The notes under the pieces were generated by a model. It worked only from the letters and a program-made list of their open reading frames with translations, was not told the origin of the DNA and searched no databases. From the NCBI GenBank assembly GCA_040005235.1, contig JBDTZG010000025.1, positions 13,485 through 77,484 on the forward strand: a stretch of DNA of 64,000 bases, read 5' to 3'. The stretch comes from Acidobacteriota bacterium (lineage in GTDB: Bacteria; Acidobacteriota; Thermoanaerobaculia; Multivoradales; UBA5704). This document shows positions 38,657-47,220 of this stretch, in pieces; positions within the stretch are counted from its first letter, which is position 1, and every line of letters starts with the position of its first letter. A program made the position numbers and the translations under genes.

Positions 38657-40690
38657 TCACCAGATCCAGCAGCGCTGTTCCGGCGGTCTCACCATCGCCG
38701 ATCCGGCCTTGCAGGCGAAGGCTTGTTGGAACTCCGGCGCATTGGACAGCGGCCCGATCACCCGGTACTTGGCGGTCGGGTGCGCGTCCGTCTTCACCAT
38801 TTGACGCTCCAGCTCCAAGCTCTCGGCGCCGCCGCGGAACTGGCCCCAGGCGAGGAAGAACTGCTGTTCGGGGGAAAAGCCGTCGATCTCCGGCAGCGGG
38901 TGGTCCTGCATCGATCGCCGAAGGGCGCGATACGCGATGCGCATGCCGGCTAGATCTCCGAGCGCCTCGCCGAGAACCTGCTTGCCTGCCAGGTGAACGC
39001 CGGGCTCGATCGCATAACCGTCGTATTGATCGACGGTGCATTGGCCGATCCGTTCGAACGCGTCGAGGTCGGCCTTCGTCCACCAGTTGCCCGGATGCCC
39101 GGTCGAGTTGAATTCTCTGCCCAGTTCGTCGATCGCGTGCGTCAGGTCGTGTGCGATCCCGATGCCGATCGCGCCGTAGTTCACGGCGTCCGAAGCGGCG
39201 AGGTCGAACGCCGGCTCTTGCAGAAAGCCGGCCGGCAATCCCATCACGTTGAGCTGGATATCGATGTACGCACCGGGCGACGACGGCGGCAGTTGCCAGA
39301 AAGCGCGGCTTGTGTGCTGTCCCACGCGCTTGCGCTGGGCCTCGACGCCGAAGCGTCGAGCCGCGGCCACGTCGACCCAGAACGCGTCCCGCCGAATGAC
39401 GAGCGCCGAGGTGTCGGTCCACGCGTCGGGATAGCCCACCATCACCTCGAAGGTGGCAATCTTCGCGAGGGCCTGCTGTTTGGCCGTGTCGGACATCCAT
39501 TTCATCTCGCCGAGGTCGTCTTTCAAAACCGCGAGCAGGTTGGCGACCATCTCCTGGACCTTCGCCTTGGCCGCGGGAGGGAAGTAGCGCTCGGCGTACA
39601 CGCGGCCGAGGGGCTCGCCGAGCAAGGCCTCCGTCAATTCGAGACAGGCCGTCGCGCGGGATTCACTCGCGACGGCTCCGGACTCATCGGCGAACGGCTT
39701 CGAGAGCCACGGTGCCGCGGAATCGAGCAGGTGCCAGGTCAGGTAGGCCTTCCACGTCTCCACCGGCGTTGCCTGAAGCTCTCGGTCCACTCGTTCGAGA
39801 AACGCCGGCTCTGCGACGTTGACGTCGATCCGCGGGAGCGAGGCCTCGGCGAAGTAGGTTTTCCAGTCGAAATTCTTCGCGAGTTGCGAGAGCTGGGCGA
39901 AGGTGAATTTGTGCGCCGTCGCCGCAGGATCGGCGGCTGCATCGGGCGCCAGGCTGGCCTCGGCCAGGTGGGTTTCGAGCGCCAGGATCTCGTCTGCTGC
40001 CTTCTCCGCCGCCAGGGCCTTCATTCCAGAGAGGGCAAGAACCTTGGCCACGTGCGCCCGATATTTCGCGCGAACTTCCACAAATGGCCGCTCGGGCTTC
40101 AAGTAGTCGTCACGGCCGGGCAACCCCAGACCTCCGGCCGCGATGTTTGCGACGACGCTTTGGGGATCGTGGAAGTCGGAGGCGGCGGTGAACGAGAATG
40201 GGGAGGGGATGGCGATCTCGTGCAGCCGGCGGATCATGCGCTGGACGCCTTGGGTATTCTGGACGCCGGCGATCTCGGCGAGCCATGGAGCGAGCGGGGC
40301 AACGCCCAAGGCGTCGATCGCCGGCTCGTTCATGCACGCCGCGAAGGAGTCGCCGAGCTGCTGCTCGACGCTGCCACGGGGCCGATCCGCCTTCGCGGCC
40401 AGTTCTTCCAGAAGGGCCGTCAACTGCCGCCGGTTCGTCTCGCGCCCCGCCGTCCGTCGGCTCCAGCGCTGTTCCCCTTTCGGGATGGGGTTTTTCGCGC
40501 GCCACGAGCCGTTGGCGAACGCATAGAAGTCGGTGCACGGGTCCGCGGCACGATCCAGGTCGCCGACCTCGATGCCTTTCGGCGCGGATACCGGAGCGGC
40601 GGAGATCGGCGCGACTTCCGCGGCCCCTGCAATCCCTCCAAACACCGCGATCGTCGCGACGACGATCCACGCGTTGCGGGTGGTGCTCAT
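38657..40690 (-). CDS. M13 (neprilysin/PepO) family protein with HDxxH variant site
   Basis: DPCTDFYAFANGSW, VGYPD, NYGAIG.GIAHDLTH, EALGD, RVIGPLSN, C-terminal CWIW; signal peptide. Confidence 0.88.
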   Translation of the reverse strand: MSTTRNAWIVVATIAVFGGIAGAAEVAPISAAPVSAPKGIEVGDLDRAADPCTDFYAFANGSWRAKNPIPKGEQRWSRRTAGRETNRRQLTALLEELAAKADRPRGSVEQQLGDSFAACMNEPAIDALGVAPLAPWLAEIAGVQNTQGVQRMIRRLHEIAIPSPFSFTAASDFHDPQSVVANIAAGGLGLPGRDDYLKPERPFVEVRAKYRAHVAKVLALSGMKALAAEKAADEILALETHLAEASLAPDAAADPAATAHKFTFAQLSQLAKNFDWKTYFAEASLPRIDVNVAEPAFLERVDRELQATPVETWKAYLTWHLLDSAAPWLSKPFADESGAVASESRATACLELTEALLGEPLGRVYAERYFPPAAKAKVQEMVANLLAVLKDDLGEMKWMSDTAKQQALAKIATFEVMVGYPDAWTDTSALVIRRDAFWVDVAAARRFGVEAQRKRVGQHTSRAFWQLPPSSPGAYIDIQLNVMGLPAGFLQEPAFDLAASDAVNYGAIGIGIAHDLTHAIDELGREFNSTGHPGNWWTKADLDAFERIGQCTVDQYDGYAIEPGVHLAGKQVLGEALGDLAGMRIAYRALRRSMQDHPLPEIDGFSPEQQFFLAWGQFRGGAESLELERQMVKTDAHPTAKYRVIGPLSNAPEFQQAFACKAGSAMVRPPEQRCWIW

Positions 40691-41298
40691 GCCGCTCTCC
40701 TTAGAAGAGGAACCTGTAAAGCGGCGATCACCGCCGCGGTGTCGACGACCGTGGCGAACTCGCCATGAAGGTCCGCCAGAGCGATCGCGTGAATCTGCTC
40801 CGCCGGGTGCTCGACGCCATCGGGCCCGACGCGATCGAAGGTTGCCGTGGCATCGGAGACGACCCAGGTCGCAAATCCCAGGTTGCCGGCCATCCGCGCG
40901 GTGGTCGAGATGCAGTGATTCGTGGTGAGCCCGACGATCACCAGGCCGCGACACCCGGCGTGCCGCAGATCGTCCTCCAGCGACGTGCCGATGAAGGCGC
41001 TGTTGACCCGCTTTTCGATCACCGCCTCGCCCGCGACCGGAGCCGTCTCGGGTTTGAATTCATTGCCGCGCTGACCGGGCCGCAGCGGTGACCAGGGATC
41101 GGTGGAAATGTGCTTGACGTGGATAACCGGCCGGCCGGCCGCGCGCCAAGCGCGCAGCAGCTCAAAAGCACGCGGCTCCAGAGACGGATTGTTGCGCCGG
41201 CCCCAGCGCGGCTCGTCGAAGCCGAGCTGAAGATCGACGACCAGAAGGGTGGTGCCCTGCGGTTGGTTGGAAAGCATGGGCTCACGGTACGGGTTCAT
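40687..41298 (-). CDS. Isochorismatase-family cysteine hydrolase
   Basis: VVDLQ, EKRVNSAF, GLTTNHCISTTAR (D-K-C triad). Confidence 0.9.
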   Translation of the reverse strand: MNPYREPMLSNQPQGTTLLVVDLQLGFDEPRWGRRNNPSLEPRAFELLRAWRAAGRPVIHVKHISTDPWSPLRPGQRGNEFKPETAPVAGEAVIEKRVNSAFIGTSLEDDLRHAGCRGLVIVGLTTNHCISTTARMAGNLGFATWVVSDATATFDRVGPDGVEHPAEQIHAIALADLHGEFATVVDTAAVIAALQVPLLRRAA

Positions 41299-41328
41299 CG
41301 CCCGCTCACCCAAACGCCGATGCCGCCG

Positions 41329-41343
41329 ATCGGTAATGCCGAT
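41329..41343. promoter_or_regulatory. LysR binding box
   Basis: ATCGG-TAATG-CCGAT palindrome (T-N11-A) between the divergent LysR and hydrolase genes. Confidence 0.65.
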
Positions 41344-41357
41344 GATAGGTTCGCGCG

Positions 41358-42365
41358 GTGAAGAGCGAGCTGGAGCTGCGGCATCTGCGCGTCTTTGCGG
41401 CTGTGGTGGAGGCCGGAACCCACGCCCGCGCGGCCCGAGCGCTCGGTCTGTCGCAATCGACGGTCTCCGAGACCCTCAGTTCTCTGGAGCGCACTCTGGG
41501 TGTCGAGCTGTTCCGCAAGTCGGGGAAGGGCGCATCGGCACTCTCGCCCTCCGGCGAAGTCCTGCTCGGGTACGCTCGCCGGATGTCCGCGCTGAGCAGC
41601 GAGCTGGTCGGGGCGATCGCCGACGCGTCGCCCGGCGTCAAGGCAACGCTGGGGATTTCGGCCGTCGAGTCGATCGGCGCCTACGTGCTTCCCAACCGGC
41701 TGGCTGCCCTTCGCGCGCGCTGGCCTTCGGTGCGGGTGGAGGTGCAGACCGGCAGTTGCGGCGAGATCCGCGAGCGGGTTGCAGCGGGCGAGTGCGACCT
41801 CGGCCTGGTGCTCGAACCGGAGAACGGTCCTGAGCCCGGCGCGTTCCTCGCGAAGGCACGCCTGCTGATTCTCGGTGCCCCTGGTCATCCGTTGGTGCGC
41901 GGCACGGCTGGGGTGGGCGGGGCGACCGGAGTGGGCGCGGTGGCCGCCGTGGACCTGCTTCGGCGCTGCGACTTCTACATGTGCGATGCGGGGGGTAACT
42001 ACCATCAGACGCTGCGCCAGCACTTCGAGGCGGCCGGTGTACCAGCTCCCCGGATGCAGGCGATGGGCACCATCGAGGGAGTGAAGCGCGGAATTCTGAC
42101 CGGCGGATCGGCGCTCGGCCTGTTGCCCGAGCACGCCGTCGAGTCGGAGCTGAGAGACAACGTGCTCGCCGAGGTGCGCGTGAATCCGGCATTGCCCTCC
42201 GTGGTGCTGCGAGCCGTGCTGGCGCCCGGCGCGCGCTCGCCGGTGGCGGACGACCTGATCGAGGCTTTGCGCGGCTCGCCGCAGAGCGGTCTGCTGCTCA
42301 CGGCCGCCGCGGCCGCCGCGACGATCGAGGGCGAAACGGCCCGCACCCGGCCGCGCCCGCGATAA
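41358..42365 (+). CDS. LysR family transcriptional regulator
   Basis: LRHLRVFAAVVEAG..ARAARALGLSQSTVS...LERTLGVELFRK. Confidence 0.92.
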   Translation: MKSELELRHLRVFAAVVEAGTHARAARALGLSQSTVSETLSSLERTLGVELFRKSGKGASALSPSGEVLLGYARRMSALSSELVGAIADASPGVKATLGISAVESIGAYVLPNRLAALRARWPSVRVEVQTGSCGEIRERVAAGECDLGLVLEPENGPEPGAFLAKARLLILGAPGHPLVRGTAGVGGATGVGAVAAVDLLRRCDFYMCDAGGNYHQTLRQHFEAAGVPAPRMQAMGTIEGVKRGILTGGSALGLLPEHAVESELRDNVLAEVRVNPALPSVVLRAVLAPGARSPVADDLIEALRGSPQSGLLLTAAAAAATIEGETARTRPRPR

Positions 42366-42475
42366 CTTGCGGCCGGCTCCGCCGATTTGCCACAATGCGG
42401 TTTCGAGCGCGAGATGTTTCTCCCGCGCCTCCAGCTCTCCCGGGTCTTCAATCCTCCGGAAAACGAGGGAACCCC

Positions 42476-43594
42476 ATGTCCGAAAAGATCCAGTTCTTCC
42501 TGCCCGGCCCGACCTACGTCCTCGACGCGGTCCGGCAGGCGATGACCCAGCCGATGGTCGGCCATCGTTCCGCGGGCTTCAAGACGTTCTACGTCAATCT
42601 TTCGGCGAAGCTGCCGAAGTTGCTCCGCACCGCGGGCGACGTGATGGTCGCCTCCGGCAGCTCGACGCTGGTGATGGAGGCGGCGGTCGTCTCGTGCGTT
42701 GCCACCTCGGTGCTCAACCTGACCTGCGGCGCGTTTTCCGAGCGCTGGCACAAAATCAGTAAATCGGTCGGCAAAGACGCCGACAAGCTCGCGTTCCCCT
42801 GGGGCCAGCCGGTCGATCCGGATCTCGTCAAGAAGGCGCTCGAACGGAAGCGCTACGACGCGATCACGGTCGTCCACAACGAGACCTCGACCGGCGTGAT
42901 GAGCCCGATCGCCGAGATCGCCAAGGTCGTTCGCGAGTCGAGCGACGCCCTGGTGATCGTAGATGCGGTTTCCTCGCTGGGCGGCGCGCCAGTCGAAACC
43001 GACGCCTGGGGGATCGATATCTCGCTGGCCGGAACCCAGAAGGCGATCGCGGTGCCGCCCGGTCTCACCGTCTTTACGCTCTCCGACCGCGCCGCCGAAC
43101 AGGCGGCCAAAGTGCCGTTCCGCGGGTTCTACACCGACCTGCTCAACTATCGCGACAAGCACCGCGAGGGGGGCTTCATCACCACCCCCGCGATCCCGTT
43201 GCTCTATGCCCTCGACCGCCAGATGGACGTGATTCTCGAAGAGGGGATGGAGGCGCGCTGGGAGCGCCACGCGCAGCTGCAAAAGCAGACCGCCGATTGG
43301 GCGGCGGCGCGCGGCATCGCCTACGCCTCGGCCGAGGGGTGCCGCTCGCACACCGTGAGCTGCTTTCTTGCGCCCGATGGGCTCGATCCGCAGGCGCTGG
43401 TCAAAGCGCTCACTGCGCGGGGAACGACGATCGGCGGCGGCTACGGCGATTGGAAGCCGACGACTTTCCGAATCGGCCACATGGGCGAAGTGCGCGAGAC
43501 CGATCTGACCGCACTTCTGGCTCAAATCGACGAAGAGATGGCACGGCTCATGGCTCCGCTGGCTCCAATGACTCCCGCCGCGGTCGGAGCTTAA
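42476..43594 (+). CDS. Class V PLP aminotransferase (serine-pyruvate / phosphoserine aminotransferase-like)
   Basis: FLPGPT, GHRS, HNETSTGV, DAVSS, GTQKA (PLP lysine), FRIGHMG. Confidence 0.9.
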   Translation: MSEKIQFFLPGPTYVLDAVRQAMTQPMVGHRSAGFKTFYVNLSAKLPKLLRTAGDVMVASGSSTLVMEAAVVSCVATSVLNLTCGAFSERWHKISKSVGKDADKLAFPWGQPVDPDLVKKALERKRYDAITVVHNETSTGVMSPIAEIAKVVRESSDALVIVDAVSSLGGAPVETDAWGIDISLAGTQKAIAVPPGLTVFTLSDRAAEQAAKVPFRGFYTDLLNYRDKHREGGFITTPAIPLLYALDRQMDVILEEGMEARWERHAQLQKQTADWAAARGIAYASAEGCRSHTVSCFLAPDGLDPQALVKALTARGTTIGGGYGDWKPTTFRIGHMGEVRETDLTALLAQIDEEMARLMAPLAPMTPAAVGA

Positions 43595-43601
43595 AGTCCA
43601 G

Positions 43602-45638
43602 ATGCCGAAGATCCTGATTGCCGACCAGCTCGATCCGTACGGTCTCGACCTCCTCGCCAAGGCGGGCGCGGAGATCCGCGTGGTCCGAGACGACGAGCGC
43701 GGCCGGCTGGCCGAGCTGATCGCCGACGTCGACGCGCTGGTCGTCCGGAGCGCCACCAAGGTCACCGCGGATCTCCTGCGCGCGGGTAAGAAACTCAAGG
43801 TGGTCGGCCGGGCGGGCGTGGGCGTCGACAACGTGGACGTTCCCGCGGCGACCGAGCTGGGCATCCAGGTGGTGAACGCACCGACCGCGAACCTCACCTC
43901 GGCGACCGAGCACAGCCTGGCGCTGCTGCTCGCGCTCGCCCGGCAGATTCCGGCGGCGGACGCCTCGATGAAGCGGGGGGAGTGGGACCGGAAGACCTTC
44001 CTCGGTGTCGAGCTGGAAGGGAAGACCTTAGGCGTCGTCGGCTTCGGCCGGATCGGCCAGAAAGTGGCGGAGCGGGCCAAGGCGTTCGGAATGAAGATCA
44101 TCGCCTCCGATCCGTTCCCCAACGCGGACGCCGCCCGGCGGTTGGGGGTCGAGCTGGTGTCGATGGACGAGCTGATTGCCCGAGCAGACGCCTTGACGCT
44201 CCACACCCCGTTCACCGCGGAAACCAGGAACGTCATCTCGCGCGAGCGGATCTTCGCCATGAAGCCGGGGGCGCTGTTGGTCAACTGCGCTCGCGGCGGC
44301 CTGATCGACGAGGAGGCGCTGCTCGAAGCGCTCGACGCCGGGCGGATTTGCGGCGCGGCATTCGACGTCTACATCGAAGAGCCGCCCAAAGATCGGCGGC
44401 TGGCTCACCATCCCAAAGTGGTCGCCACCCCGCACATCGGCGCCCAGACCAGCGAAGCGCAAAAGCGGATCTCGGAGGAGACCGCCCAAAGGCTGCTCGC
44501 GGTGCTCGGAATGTCAATGCCCGCGGCGGCCGTGGCCGCGGGGGTTCCCTCGGACGGTGCCAAGAGAGTCCGGGTCGGAGTGATCTTCGGCGGCCGGAGC
44601 GTCGAACATCAGGTCTCGCTCCGCTCCGCGCGCACGGTGTTGCAGGGCCTCGAAGCAGCCGGGTACGAACCGGTGCCGCTGGCGGTCGCCGAGGACGGCT
44701 GCTGGCTGTCGCCGGAGGAATCGGCGGCGATCCTCAAGAGCGACGCGGCGGCCGTGCCAAAGGTCGGCAAACCGGTCGCATCCACCTTGGGCGCTCTCAC
44801 CGGCGCGAGGGTCGAGGCGCTCTTTCCGATCGTCCACGGCACCTGGGGAGAAGACGGCACGCTCCAGGGCCTGTGCGAGATGCTCGACCTGCCCTACGTC
44901 GGTCCGGGGGTCGCGACCAGCGCGCTCGCGATGGACAAGCTGCTCGCCAAGCGCCAACTGCGCGCGGCGGGCGTGCCGGTGGTGGACGACGAGCCGGTCA
45001 CGCGCGCCGGATTCGAAAGCGACCCCGGCGATATCCTCCGCCGCGCCGCGCGCTTTGCCTATCCGCTGTTCGTCAAGCCGAGCGTCGGCGGATCGAGCGT
45101 CGGCGTGGCGAAAGTCGACCGGCCCGAGGATCTGGCCGAAGCCGTGGCGTTCGCGCTGCGGTTCGACGAAAGCGTCCTGGTCGAGCGCGGGGTCGCCGGG
45201 CGCGAGCTGGAATGCGCGGTCTTGGGGGGAGCCGGTCGGCTCGAAGCCTCGGCGGTGGGGGAGATCGTCCCCGGCAACGCGTTTTACGACTACGCGGACA
45301 AGTACCTGCAAGACACCGCGCGCCTGATCGCGCCGGCCGAGATTCCGAAGGAGATCGAAGACCGCCTCCGCGCGCTGGCGGTCGCCGCCTTCGGAGCGCT
45401 CGGCGGCTCGGGGATGGCGCGGGTCGATTTCTTCCTCGAAGGCGAGAATCTCTACGTCAACGAGATCAACACCCTTCCCGGCTTCACCAGCATCTCGATG
45501 TACCCCCGCCTCTGGGGACTCTCGGGCCTCACGTTGCCGCAGCTCGTCGGCCGCCTGGTGGAGATCTCGATCGAACGCCATGCCGAGCGCCACCGGCTGG
45601 ACGCCGGAATCAAGCAGTTCCTCTCCGAACTGGCTTGA
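43602..45638 (+). CDS. ddl: D-3-phosphoglycerate dehydrogenase-like (SerA) :: D-alanine-D-alanine ligase fusion
   Basis: RAGVGVDNVD, GFGRIG, NCARGG, TPHIGAQT, then GGRSVEH, HGTWGEDG, GSSVG, FYDYADKY, NEINTLPGFT in a single ORF. Confidence 0.9.
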   Translation: MPKILIADQLDPYGLDLLAKAGAEIRVVRDDERGRLAELIADVDALVVRSATKVTADLLRAGKKLKVVGRAGVGVDNVDVPAATELGIQVVNAPTANLTSATEHSLALLLALARQIPAADASMKRGEWDRKTFLGVELEGKTLGVVGFGRIGQKVAERAKAFGMKIIASDPFPNADAARRLGVELVSMDELIARADALTLHTPFTAETRNVISRERIFAMKPGALLVNCARGGLIDEEALLEALDAGRICGAAFDVYIEEPPKDRRLAHHPKVVATPHIGAQTSEAQKRISEETAQRLLAVLGMSMPAAAVAAGVPSDGAKRVRVGVIFGGRSVEHQVSLRSARTVLQGLEAAGYEPVPLAVAEDGCWLSPEESAAILKSDAAAVPKVGKPVASTLGALTGARVEALFPIVHGTWGEDGTLQGLCEMLDLPYVGPGVATSALAMDKLLAKRQLRAAGVPVVDDEPVTRAGFESDPGDILRRAARFAYPLFVKPSVGGSSVGVAKVDRPEDLAEAVAFALRFDESVLVERGVAGRELECAVLGGAGRLEASAVGEIVPGNAFYDYADKYLQDTARLIAPAEIPKEIEDRLRALAVAAFGALGGSGMARVDFFLEGENLYVNEINTLPGFTSISMYPRLWGLSGLTLPQLVGRLVEISIERHAERHRLDAGIKQFLSELA

Positions 45639-45656
45639 AACCCTTAGGATTGCGCC

Positions 45657-46550
45657 GTGCATTTCGCCCATTTCTCCGACCTGGTCCTCGCCCGCGCCCG
45701 CCAAGCCTCCCCGCTCGTCCTCGGGTTAGATCCCGATTTCGCCTTGATGCCGCCGGAGCTCCGGCCGGCCGAGGGCGCGGGCGGCGAGGAGATCGTGCGC
45801 CGCCTCGTCGCGTTTACCGAGCAGGTTCTCGAAGCGGCGGCGCCGTTTTGCTGCGCGGCCAAGCCCCAGAGCGCATTTTTTGAGCAGCACGGGAGCGCAG
45901 GCGTCGCGGCGCTCGCCCGGTGCCTGGCGAAGATCCGCGCCGCGGGGCTGCCGATTCTGCTCGACGTCAAACGGGGCGACATCGGCTCGACCGCCACGGC
46001 GTACGCCCGCGCGTATCTTGGCGAAACGGATCTTGCCGCCGATGCGATCACGGTGAATCCGTTTCTGGGTGGCGACTCCCTCGCGCCGTTTTTCACCGCG
46101 TCGAAAAGCTCCGGCAAGGGAGTCTTCGTGCTGGTGAAGACCTCGAACCCCGGCTCGCGCGACCTGATGGATCTGGAGATCGCCGAAGGCACCGTCTCCG
46201 CGCGCCTCGCGCGACAGGTGGAGGAGGAGGCGGCCAAGTCGATAGGCGAAAGCGGCTACGGCCTGGTGGGCGCCGTCGTCGGCTCGACTTATCCCGCCCA
46301 GGCGGCGGCGCTGCGCCAATTGATGCCCCACGCGCCGATTTTGGTACCCGGTCTGGGGGCGCAGGGCGGTTCGCTCGATGCGGTTCGCGCGGTTGCGGAC
46401 GCCAAAGGCGGGGGAGTGCTGGTGCCCGTCTCGCGCGGACTCACCTACCCGGGCGTCGAAGAGATCGCGGCGGCGGGCGGGTACGTTGCCGCAGTGCGGG
46501 CGAACGCCGAGCGCTATGCTGCCGAGTTGAACGGGGCGCTCGCTGCTTAG
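45657..46550 (+). CDS. pyrF: Orotidine-5'-phosphate decarboxylase (subfamily 2)
   Basis: GLDP, KPQSAFFE, DVKRGDIGST, KTSNPGS, LVPGLGAQGG. Confidence 0.94.
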   Translation: MHFAHFSDLVLARARQASPLVLGLDPDFALMPPELRPAEGAGGEEIVRRLVAFTEQVLEAAAPFCCAAKPQSAFFEQHGSAGVAALARCLAKIRAAGLPILLDVKRGDIGSTATAYARAYLGETDLAADAITVNPFLGGDSLAPFFTASKSSGKGVFVLVKTSNPGSRDLMDLEIAEGTVSARLARQVEEEAAKSIGESGYGLVGAVVGSTYPAQAAALRQLMPHAPILVPGLGAQGGSLDAVRAVADAKGGGVLVPVSRGLTYPGVEEIAAAGGYVAAVRANAERYAAELNGALAA

Positions 46551-47143
46551 GCGAGGCGGGTCGAAAGCGCCTCGTACTCCTCCGCCGTATCCACGTCCGA
46601 CACCGCCCCTGCGTCGTCCACCGCGATCGTGATTGTCCGCGCGGCGAACCGCTCGCGGAGCTGTTTCAAACCGATCGACGGATCGAGCGTCGGGATCTCC
46701 GCCACCGCCTCCGGAGCGATAGCGAGCGGGTGGCCGTTTTGGCCCCGATAGGTAGGCCAAGCGAGCGCGCTACCCGAAGCGTCGAGAGAGGCGAGCGTCG
46801 CGCGGATCGTTTCCGCCTGGAGTGCCGGCAGGTCGGCGGGGGAGATCAGCAGCGGCTCGCGCCAACCTTCCGGGCCGCCCACCGCCGCGAGGCCGGTTAC
46901 GATCGACGAGAGCATCCCCCGTTCGGGATCGGGGTTGATCGCGAGGATCAGCCCGGACCGGCGCACCCAATCCTGAAGCGGCAGATCGGCGGGGGAGGCA
47001 ACGACGACGATCCGTTCCACCCCTGCGGCTCGGAAGCTCGCGACCAGCGAGCCGATCACCGTGCTGGCTCCAAACGGAAGCAGCAGTTTCGGCTGGCCCA
47101 TCCGGCGGGAGGCTCCGGCTGCGGGGAGGAGGGCGATCGCCAT
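46547..47143 (-). CDS. MocA/MobA-like nucleotidyltransferase
   Basis: AAGASRRMGQPKLLL, GMLSS, PADLP, GHP, DVDT. Confidence 0.88.
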   Translation of the reverse strand: MAIALLPAAGASRRMGQPKLLLPFGASTVIGSLVASFRAAGVERIVVVASPADLPLQDWVRRSGLILAINPDPERGMLSSIVTGLAAVGGPEGWREPLLISPADLPALQAETIRATLASLDASGSALAWPTYRGQNGHPLAIAPEAVAEIPTLDPSIGLKQLRERFAARTITIAVDDAGAVSDVDTAEEYEALSTRLA

Positions 47144-47220
47144 GTTGGAGAGTCTACGGCGAGAAGAGATACGGCCCGCCTCTCCGGTCGTAGTGCCGGA
47201 GAGGCGGGCGGGGGGAGCCG

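Noticed and set aside
43602-45638. Calling the fusion a vanHA resistance determinant
   Set aside because: The ligase omega loop is DdlB-type, the dehydrogenase is SerA-like, and there is no vanX or vanRS
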